From: a virus
Taxonomy: Duplodnaviria; Caudoviricetes
DNA length: 64,000 bases
Strand: one strand, 5' to 3'
IMG/VR virus record: IMGVR_UViG_3300027751_000004
Location: 32,001-96,000 of that record
The translations under genes were made by a program, and so were the position numbers. Below, one piece after another: positions 56,373-64,000 of the stretch. Position 1 is the first letter of the stretch; the number at the start of each line of letters is the position of its first letter. The notes under the pieces are model-generated. The model had not been told where the DNA came from. It was given only the letters and a program-made list of their open reading frames with translations, and did no database searches.

Positions 56373-56716
56373 TAGGTGTAATCCCTTGTAACTGAAGGAG
56401 TTATTTCTAGTTGTCCCTCAAGAACTCTCGTAGGGACATTACCGCCCGACATAACAATAACGTCATAAACATATCTTCCAGGTTTCATAGCCTGAGAAGT
56501 TGCGCCATCTATTCGCATAGTAACCTCTCCAGCTGGACCATTTCCTATGGTAACCTGATCAAACGCTGTTGCAGTTACAGATCTATATGTTTTACGGATA
56601 GATGCATATGCAGTGAATCCCGATAAGTCTTGAACGTTACCGTCAGCGTCTTCGACAGTCAAAGCAGTAGTAAATGTACTACCTTGATCGATAACTAGAT
56701 TAGCATATGCAGCCAT
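56372..56716 (-). CDS. Small beta-sandwich virion protein (fibre-adaptor-like)
   Basis: NLVIDQGSTF, DLSGFTA, GRYVYDV, RVLEGQLEITPSVT. Confidence 0.75.
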   Translation of the reverse strand: MAAYANLVIDQGSTFTTALTVEDADGNVQDLSGFTAYASIRKTYRSVTATAFDQVTIGNGPAGEVTMRIDGATSQAMKPGRYVYDVIVMSGGNVPTRVLEGQLEITPSVTRDYT

Positions 56717-56740
56717 TACTATCCTTTTTGTTTAACTCTT

Positions 56741-59344
56741 TTACTTATTTATACTTTTAATTGATTGTAATTCTTCTTTTAGAGAATCAATTTGACCTTG
56801 CTGCTCTTTAATTGCTTCGATTAATAGACCAACCATGTTACCATAAGCAACAGTATGTAAGCCGCCTTTTTCGCCAACAGCTTCTGGTAATACTTTAAGA
56901 ACTTCCTGTGCGATAACACCAGTTTGTCTCGAAGTTTCAATATCAGTACGATCAAACGTGTAACCATTAAGTTGCTGTACTTTATCTACTGCGTCTTCGA
57001 TTACTTCAACGTTTTCTTTAATACTCTCATCAGAGAATGCGGTAATATCTCCAGTAGCATTAATTTGTCCATTAACATTTAAGTTACCTTCAGTTACAAC
57101 GCCAGAGTCTATATCGGTATCTGTACCATGAGGGGCAACTAACCTCAAGACTCTTCCATCTATTACTAAACCAGCTACTAATTTTTCAGAATAGTCTATC
57201 TCCCCTAGACCATCTTCATCTATGGTATTAAATGAGTTGAAACTATCGTCACTTTTGTAAAATGTCCCCAAAATACATGTGTCACCACTAACCCTCCTAA
57301 AACCTTCAACAGTTTCTGAATCATAATAGTCCTTAAAATCTTCTGTGCTACCTTTAAAGAAAGCCAACCTAGTGTTTATAGTAGTCAACTTCTCATAGGG
57401 TGAGTATGTTTCATCATCGCTGACGTGACGATTGGCGCCAACCCCCCCAGCCCATGTGTAATCATCAGACCTTATGACAGTAGAACGTCTTATTATTTCG
57501 GGGTCTATACCTCTTTGACCTAGTATAACTTGACGTTGTCTTCTAATAGTTTCTGAATCAGATAGACTACTACATTCAAATGGGTTGTCATCAGATATAC
57601 CGTCTAGATTAAAATGGGAAGGTTCTTTTGTTATCCCACCCCCATTGAGTAATTCTAAACCTTGAGAGTCTGCAGACTCATGCTCTAATCCTGTAGCTGC
57701 CTTATCTATTACTACGTTAGGTAAAGAAACTTGGTAAGCTGCATACTGAGGGTTGTATTCTATGCCTAATGGAATAGCTTTATCTCTGCCTGTTGATGGT
57801 ATATCATCACCGCTAGCAGTTACTGTACTATGCCCATGGCCAGATTGAAATGGGGTTTTTGGGGATCTTATATAAAGGTTTCCAGGAGTACCAGCACCTG
57901 TACCACCACTAATATAGATATTAATGTCACCGCCCTCAACATCATTTACGCCATCTATATGGGCTAAACCTGCAGAAATGTTAATTCCTGGACTAATACC
58001 TTGACCAGTACTGACGCTATGTCTCATTGGAGTCAATTGTATAACTGAATTTGTAACTTCATCTATAGTCGCATCAGATAGTTTAGCATCTGTTAATGTA
58101 GAATCTATAGACTTATTATTATCACCACCCCAATCTGCTGTTGCACCACCTTTCAAAAGCAAGTAACCACCATTGTACTTTTCTTCGTGACCAGTAAGTG
58201 GACTGTATGTAGTGTTAGAAGCAGAAATTACAACATCTGCTCCATTTCTGTCATTGAAGTTGTCATAATGCGTGGCAAAACCATCGCTAACCAAGGCGTC
58301 AAAAGGAGCTATACGAATATCTTTTTGAGATCGAAGGCCACCGACTACAATATCATCAAAGTCCGCATACCTTAAAGAAATATCAGATCGATCAGCTTCA
58401 AAGTAACCATTTGGAACCATTACCCGACCATAATCATTCTGAACGCTACCAGCGGTGCCGTCAGCAGGCGCAGGCATCAATGATAGTGGAAATATAAAAT
58501 CAAACTCTTTAAAATCTATCTTATAGATGCCTTCATCATTGGTATCTGGGTCATCCCCAGTTTGACTGACAAAGTTAACCTCAATTCGTAATTCATCAGG
58601 TCTGTAATCATCATTGGCTTCGTCTACTACAACATAATCATTTACTGAATTATCAGACTGGAAGCCAGTAACCTCCAACACCCTTTCTCCACCATCATAT
58701 GAAACGCTAATTTGAGAACCAATTAGGTCTTGTGTATTGAAGTTGGAAATTAAAGTCCAAAATTTATTGTGATGGGGTCGCCACATGGTATCATTAGCAG
58801 CTTTTGTAAACTCTGCATTTTCTGTTATATCTCGTATGCGAATATATTGAGTTGCTGAGTTTTCATCAACGCCATCGACATACCTTATATCTGATTGTCC
58901 AGCTGAACCAGTATCATTACTAATATTGTATGTAAGTCCTTTCTCACCAGAAGGATCTCCAGTTTCCCCTAAGAAAACACGTTGGCTACCGCCATCTAAT
59001 GTAGGATCAAAATAGTTACTTTTTATTACAATCTTCGACCTATCATCTATTATTAGGTTACTGTCAAACTTTTGCCAATCTAAATCAGCGCCATTAACCC
59101 AATCATGAGGGGTGTATTGACCGCCTATAGATGAAGATACTTTAGGGAATGCAGTCGATAGGTCAAGTTCTACTTGAGGGTATGCGTCTGTTATACCGTC
59201 GTTACCAATAGGGGTAAAGGTTATTGTACCGCTAGAAAAAGCAATTCCGCCATAAAAAGATTCGTTGTTCAAGTTAGTGAAGTTAGCGTCAACCTCCACA
59301 AAGGTAAGTGCGTCATTGTTGACTCTTAGATTCAGATTCGCCAT
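56741..59344 (-). CDS. Tail fibre/spike with a C-terminal S74 chaperone
   Basis: N-terminal LTFVEVDANFTNL; C-terminal GDITAFSDESIKEN...GVIAQEV...LLIEAIKEQ. Confidence 0.85.
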   Translation of the reverse strand: MANLNLRVNNDALTFVEVDANFTNLNNESFYGGIAFSSGTITFTPIGNDGITDAYPQVELDLSTAFPKVSSSIGGQYTPHDWVNGADLDWQKFDSNLIIDDRSKIVIKSNYFDPTLDGGSQRVFLGETGDPSGEKGLTYNISNDTGSAGQSDIRYVDGVDENSATQYIRIRDITENAEFTKAANDTMWRPHHNKFWTLISNFNTQDLIGSQISVSYDGGERVLEVTGFQSDNSVNDYVVVDEANDDYRPDELRIEVNFVSQTGDDPDTNDEGIYKIDFKEFDFIFPLSLMPAPADGTAGSVQNDYGRVMVPNGYFEADRSDISLRYADFDDIVVGGLRSQKDIRIAPFDALVSDGFATHYDNFNDRNGADVVISASNTTYSPLTGHEEKYNGGYLLLKGGATADWGGDNNKSIDSTLTDAKLSDATIDEVTNSVIQLTPMRHSVSTGQGISPGINISAGLAHIDGVNDVEGGDINIYISGGTGAGTPGNLYIRSPKTPFQSGHGHSTVTASGDDIPSTGRDKAIPLGIEYNPQYAAYQVSLPNVVIDKAATGLEHESADSQGLELLNGGGITKEPSHFNLDGISDDNPFECSSLSDSETIRRQRQVILGQRGIDPEIIRRSTVIRSDDYTWAGGVGANRHVSDDETYSPYEKLTTINTRLAFFKGSTEDFKDYYDSETVEGFRRVSGDTCILGTFYKSDDSFNSFNTIDEDGLGEIDYSEKLVAGLVIDGRVLRLVAPHGTDTDIDSGVVTEGNLNVNGQINATGDITAFSDESIKENVEVIEDAVDKVQQLNGYTFDRTDIETSRQTGVIAQEVLKVLPEAVGEKGGLHTVAYGNMVGLLIEAIKEQQGQIDSLKEELQSIKSINK
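56746..56753 (-). promoter_or_regulatory. T4-type late promoter
   Basis: TATAAATA overlapping the upstream gene's end. Confidence 0.75.
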
Positions 59345-59348
59345 TAAA

Positions 59349-59585
59349 TTATACCCTGTTTAGTAATTCTTGCAATAGTCCTTTGATTTCGGACATTTCC
59401 TGTTTAAGATTATTTATATCTTTTTCAGCATGCTCTAATTTCATATTCTTAGCTTTTGCTGCTTTGGCTGCAGCAATCGCATTTTTGTATGCCGATTTAT
59501 TCGTATTAACTATAGCATGAGAATACGGATCCCTCACGAGATCCGGATTATCCTCAACTTTTGTAACATTATCTAAATCTACCAT
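59349..59585 (-). CDS. Small conserved coiled-coil protein
   Basis: KVEDNPDLVRD..SHAIVN...LKQEMSEIKGLL. Confidence 0.75.
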   Translation of the reverse strand: MVDLDNVTKVEDNPDLVRDPYSHAIVNTNKSAYKNAIAAAKAAKAKNMKLEHAEKDINNLKQEMSEIKGLLQELLNRV

Positions 59586-59586
59586 T

Positions 59587-62500
59587 TTACAACGCCAGTG
59601 CTATTGCTCTTAAGTCTTTTACCAAAGGTGGTTGAGAAGAATTAATCCCTTTCATCTTAATCTTAATAGAGAAAGATATAAACTCTGGTATGTTATCTTG
59701 AGTATATTCATGCTCTTTGAACGAAGTTCTGTTAACAGATTTAGACATTTCAATATCAGTCTCGCCATGCGTATTGAAGTAATTCCACCCCAGTTCGTCA
59801 AAATCAGAAGAATCATCAGACCTTAAGACCTTATACATCACTTCAAGATCCGAACCAGCATTTACGACTGCATCTAAAATAACCTTAATAGATGTAGCAG
59901 GGTTTTTAAGCTGGACACGTTTAGTGATGTAGACAGATTCTGAACTATCTCCTTCAGGGGCTGTAGCTGGTATAAACGTTGTTGAAGAATCTACGTCCGA
60001 TTCTTCAGAGATATAATCTATTCTATTAGCATATGCTGTTATAGATTTACGCTCTAAATCCACTATAGGGGACAAAGTTGATGTTTTTGTAGATAACGTC
60101 AATTCCACTTCTGCAGATTTATTACCGCCCAATATCTCTCCAGACTCATTAACCGAAGAAGCTATGATTTTTGGTTCTTTGAACTCTGTTCTTTCAATAA
60201 GTTCAGTCTTCGAATACTGACCAGCAACAAATGGTATCTGGTTACCAGATACTGAAGTACCAGTAGCGAATTTTATTCTGGTATCAATGTTAGTTTCTGG
60301 ATAAGTTACAACAGGGAGCATTAACTGATAAGCATCAACCAAGGCATTTTCTGTAGCAGTTACATAACTACTGCCAATTGCTGAATCTTGAACCGCTGTT
60401 ACTGATGGACTATTTGCAGAGTCTAGAGAATCAGAAGAAATATCTATAGTATAGTGATCCAAACCATATCCATGGATTTCATGAACCCTATTGACGTTGA
60501 CTAGAGAAATACCATTAGATTCATAAAGTTCTACCGTGGTTGTTTGGAAACTTCCGTCTTCGCCAGAATGGAAAGAAATAGGACTATTGATCCCTCTATC
60601 TTGGGTTGCGCTAGAAACAGTTATAGAATATTCGCCAGATGTACCAGTTGCAGCGATAGTGCCATATATAATCTCGTTTTCAATTTCATCTTTATTATTA
60701 CTTACTAATTTGAAGTAATGGTCTCCGCTTGTTGGCATACTAGAGTGTAAATCTTTTATTATCATTGTTGTAGCTGAACTTGTGATATCAGATTTAAGAT
60801 TTGCCGTTATTCCGCTAGATGCTCCTTCGATTCTCACTTTATTAGTATAATTCCCTGTATTATAATACATATGATGATTAGGGTGTAGTACCTTAATAAT
60901 TGAAGAACCAGAAGAGCAAATTAATGGATTATTTCTTAATTGTTTTAGGGGGACATCTTCATTTTCTAAGGTAATAACACCTTCTTGAGAAGTATCAAAT
61001 TCAGCACGATAAACCGTGAACTTTAGATCTTCATAATCATATGCTGTCCAAGTAGAGTTGTTTTGAGATTTAAACAAAACACCAAGATATGGCTGCTCAT
61101 CAATATTTCGGACACCATCTATATCAGTATCGCCTAACTTGGATATCCATGTAGTATAACCGATAGAATCTGTCATTAATACAATACAAATTTCTTGGTT
61201 AGCTTTTACATATACTGGGTTAGGGAACTCGAAACTCGTAGCAGCAGTACCTACTTGAGATACATTAACGTCAGAAGGGTCTAGAGTTATCGAAGCACTA
61301 GGTAATACTTTACGAGTCGGTAATCCATTTTCCATTTCCCTTAATTGTAGAGTTACAGGGGCATGATCGTCTTTACCAGCAAAGAATACGTCTACTTTAG
61401 TGATGAACTCACCGCCTGGAACAGATGGCATAATAGATTGAGCCAGTGGGTCATACCAACCAACTTGTACAAGACCTAAATCTCTTGATCTACTGACTTC
61501 TACGTTTTCTTGAACCGACCTAGTTTCAACTCGACCGTTACGAGTAGCGGTGAATGTTTCTTGCATACTATTCAAAGTGCCAGTTGCGGTGTATTTTTCT
61601 TGGGCGAAAGTATCTACCGTTTCCTTAGCATTCGATGAGCTCGATGTAAGTCTAAATAATCTAGAGCCAGTCCGGAACGCTGGATTACCACTTATTTTAG
61701 AATCAGGGATAGTAAACGTACCTGAAACAAAACCAGAAGCATCAGTAACAAGTGCTTTTGTGTCTACATCCTCTGTCCGTACAAACCTTTCGATACTATC
61801 TGGGTTTTCTATTTGTCTTGCACCGCCACGCAATCTAACTGTCCAACGTGCAATTCTGGCATTCGCATCAACTCTTCCTTCCGAATAAAGGTTTTGATCT
61901 GAACGATAGTTAATACCGTCAATCAAGTAACCATCAAGCATAGCACCGCCATCAACAATAGCTTCTGGAGTTCTAATAAAGGAATGCTCGATAATCTCAG
62001 CATATTCTATATTAGAAATAAGAGAGTTATACAAGTTCCAGCTTTCTGCGTTAGTATGATTACCGCCACCTCCAGGTCCAACCCCAGAATTTAAATCAGG
62101 GCTTAGAGAAAAATTCTCATTAAAGAATTGAACTTCAGAGATCTGCATAGCACGCATTGGTTTCTTTTTATAAAAGGTTTTACCAGCTAATGTAGGTCTC
62201 TTCGGATATGGATCTGGATACGTTTTCTTAGTTGTCGGATCATCAGCAATATTTCTAACGTAAAAAGTAAAGTAAAGGTCTCCATTATCACTAGGTTCTA
62301 TCAACGCATTATCGTCAAATATAAATTCAATTACATCCCTATCTTTAGTATTTCTTGCGCTTGTATTCGCTTCTAATCTTCGATATTGAAGACCCGCATG
62401 AGTTTCTTCTCCTTCCAAAACTGTATCTACAATAGGATCCCCATCACCAAGACGTCTTGTTTGATTACCAGCAAGCACTGAGAATTTAGTAATATCATTA

Positions 62501-64000
62501 CTATTCTTATCAAAAGATATAAGTATCCGTTTCACTGAGTTCCAAGCAGCATTAGTTACCTGAGGGACTGTAGCAGGTTTACCAGCTACAGGGGTTATCC
62601 CCCCAGAACTAGTTGTACAGTATTTCGAAACTTCAACGTTATCGAAGAAAGGATAAACTTGGGTATGAGGTCTCAACCCTCTGGCTTCGAACTTAATATT
62701 CTTTTGTCTCATGAATGGGATAAGAGCGGAACCGACAACTTTGTCACCATTAGAAGTTACGTCTATTTGCTCGACAATATTTGTCTCAATACCATTTCTG
62801 GTTAGTACACCAACTTCTGTTTCTTGTTGCTGCTGTAAAACACGACGACCGAAGCCCCTTACGAAATCGGCTCGGAAGTTACCAGTATTTTCTCTGATTC
62901 TAGGACCAACTAAATCTGTAGTCGTAATACCAGTCCAGTTAGTAGTCGCAGCGTCCCACACAGTTCCAAGCGCATCAGCATTTTGAGCAATTAGAGTATC
63001 AAAGTTTCCTTCTTTGTTGACAGTTACATCAGGTAGTCTTTCGATCTCAAACCACTCATCCGAAGATGGAGACAAAGTCATTTGACCCGTCCATGCAAAG
63101 TTTAGAACTGGGTTAAGGTTTTCAATAGTAGAAGCGTAGTTTTGCTCAATAGTTTTAACATGCTCATATGGGAGCATCGCCAAACCACCTTCAGTTACGG
63201 TATAACCATGGGCTAGTTTATCTTCACCAAACTCGTATTTTTCTACTAATGCTATATTCTTCATCGCATATTTTGGGCGAAGAATACGCTTATACATGTC
63301 GATAGCACAACGATAGTCAGGGTGAAGTACATCACCAGTTTTGTGACCACCAAAGTTATCAACCAAGAAACCAGACTTAAATCTGTCTAATCCATTTTCG
63401 TCTTTAATTTGTAATGTATCTGCAGACACCTCTAGCAAACTTAGAGAGGTGTAATACTCAATATTATTAACCCTCTTTTCTAGAGTACTGAGGTCTCTCA
63501 TAGTGAAACGTTTATTAGCAAATTTTTCAACAGCAACATCACGAACATCAATTACATATGGAGGCATAGACAAGTCAGCCAATCTCATTGCATTATCGAT
63601 AGTATCTGGGTATTTCGGATCTTCGCTATCATTACCCTGTATTAAAACAAACTCTCCTTGAGTTGTTAAGTATAAAGAGTCTTTCCTTGCGAGGTAGTAT
63701 TCGTAGTCGAAGTCGAAGTTGCTGTTGTCTCTAACGGTGTTTACGGAAGAAGCACCGCTATTGCCGTCAGAAGAAAAAGATCTACTATTAATATTAAACG
63801 AAGTCCCAGTTACTGTTTTAACCCCATCAGAAGAAGACCCACTAGGAGCATCAGCAACTCTGGGTCTGAAATCTACAGTAGATCTTAAATCAAAGATACC
63901 AGTAGGTGCTGGGCTTTCAGGGTCTACACGTGTAGAAACATATGCGGGTATATCTTTATATGCGACGTCTGAATACGAATCAACAGTAAAGAAGTCTCCA
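59587..64000 (-). CDS. Giant virion structural protein (DUF4815-like, baseplate region), 5'-truncated by the window
   Basis: The frame stays open upstream of the track's start at 63588 (DFDYEYYLARKD...); RFTMRDL..LEKRV..IEYYTSLSLLE, DRFKSGFLVDNF, DPLAQS, KDLRAIAL. Confidence 0.9.
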   Translation of the reverse strand, partial: GDFFTVDSYSDVAYKDIPAYVSTRVDPESPAPTGIFDLRSTVDFRPRVADAPSGSSSDGVKTVTGTSFNINSRSFSSDGNSGASSVNTVRDNSNFDFDYEYYLARKDSLYLTTQGEFVLIQGNDSEDPKYPDTIDNAMRLADLSMPPYVIDVRDVAVEKFANKRFTMRDLSTLEKRVNNIEYYTSLSLLEVSADTLQIKDENGLDRFKSGFLVDNFGGHKTGDVLHPDYRCAIDMYKRILRPKYAMKNIALVEKYEFGEDKLAHGYTVTEGGLAMLPYEHVKTIEQNYASTIENLNPVLNFAWTGQMTLSPSSDEWFEIERLPDVTVNKEGNFDTLIAQNADALGTVWDAATTNWTGITTTDLVGPRIRENTGNFRADFVRGFGRRVLQQQQETEVGVLTRNGIETNIVEQIDVTSNGDKVVGSALIPFMRQKNIKFEARGLRPHTQVYPFFDNVEVSKYCTTSSGGITPVAGKPATVPQVTNAAWNSVKRILISFDKNSNDITKFSVLAGNQTRRLGDGDPIVDTVLEGEETHAGLQYRRLEANTSARNTKDRDVIEFIFDDNALIEPSDNGDLYFTFYVRNIADDPTTKKTYPDPYPKRPTLAGKTFYKKKPMRAMQISEVQFFNENFSLSPDLNSGVGPGGGGNHTNAESWNLYNSLISNIEYAEIIEHSFIRTPEAIVDGGAMLDGYLIDGINYRSDQNLYSEGRVDANARIARWTVRLRGGARQIENPDSIERFVRTEDVDTKALVTDASGFVSGTFTIPDSKISGNPAFRTGSRLFRLTSSSSNAKETVDTFAQEKYTATGTLNSMQETFTATRNGRVETRSVQENVEVSRSRDLGLVQVGWYDPLAQSIMPSVPGGEFITKVDVFFAGKDDHAPVTLQLREMENGLPTRKVLPSASITLDPSDVNVSQVGTAATSFEFPNPVYVKANQEICIVLMTDSIGYTTWISKLGDTDIDGVRNIDEQPYLGVLFKSQNNSTWTAYDYEDLKFTVYRAEFDTSQEGVITLENEDVPLKQLRNNPLICSSGSSIIKVLHPNHHMYYNTGNYTNKVRIEGASSGITANLKSDITSSATTMIIKDLHSSMPTSGDHYFKLVSNNKDEIENEIIYGTIAATGTSGEYSITVSSATQDRGINSPISFHSGEDGSFQTTTVELYESNGISLVNVNRVHEIHGYGLDHYTIDISSDSLDSANSPSVTAVQDSAIGSSYVTATENALVDAYQLMLPVVTYPETNIDTRIKFATGTSVSGNQIPFVAGQYSKTELIERTEFKEPKIIASSVNESGEILGGNKSAEVELTLSTKTSTLSPIVDLERKSITAYANRIDYISEESDVDSSTTFIPATAPEGDSSESVYITKRVQLKNPATSIKVILDAVVNAGSDLEVMYKVLRSDDSSDFDELGWNYFNTHGETDIEMSKSVNRTSFKEHEYTQDNIPEFISFSIKIKMKGINSSQPPLVKDLRAIALAL

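Noticed and set aside
882-62986. Numerous short plus-strand and alternative-frame ORFs in the track (e.g. 882-1097, 2640-3005, 13403-13747, 37972-38211, 40281-40571, 44466-44822)
   Set aside because: They lie antisense to or inside well-supported genes, lack RBS or promoter support and read as shadow translations
1-64000. CRISPR arrays, tRNA genes, diversity-generating retroelement, integrase or transposase
   Set aside because: No repeat-spacer pattern, cloverleaf, reverse transcriptase, TR/VR pair or recombinase motif was recognised by eye; intergenic gaps are mostly too short
1-64000. Stop-codon reassignment
   Set aside because: Core genes translate full-length in the standard code, and TAA, TAG and TGA are all used as real stops

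Overview
This window is 64 kb of a T4-like (Tevenvirinae/Kyanoviridae-type architecture) myovirus genome, probably aquatic and probably infecting a proteobacterium (inference). Almost every gene is on the minus strand. Reading the minus strand from right to left: a truncated giant virion protein and a tail-fibre block; neck, terminase, tail and head genes (13-14-15-16-17-18-19-20-67-68-21-22-23-3); uvsY, uvsW, 55, 47 and 46; a vWA/MoxR pair; clamp gene 45; a ~10 kb island (dsbA, GH19 endolysin, dCMP deaminase, a 1789-aa protein); 44, 62, regA, hsp20 and 43; then uvsX, 41 and the start of thyX. The standout is a compact operon at 4570-10941. It encodes a TET/JBP-like 2OG-Fe(II) dioxygenase, an Ntn glutamine amidotransferase, an amidoligase, a GNAT acetyltransferase, a GIY-YIG/ParB fusion, an amino acid:DNA transferase and a P-loop kinase. 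Together these look like a post-replicative thymine hypermodification pathway making an unknown base. Three of its enzymes end in the same L-x-x-F-(F/M) tail as gp43 and gp55, suggesting tethering to the gp45 sliding clamp. Several unannotated RNA-level elements are also visible: a ROSE-like thermometer before hsp20, a pseudoknot before a YRG micropeptide, three AUAU-loop hairpins before a tail-fibre gene, a leaderless gp43 transcript, and an orphan antisense promoter followed by a G-tract. All family assignments come from motif recognition by eye; no database searches were run.
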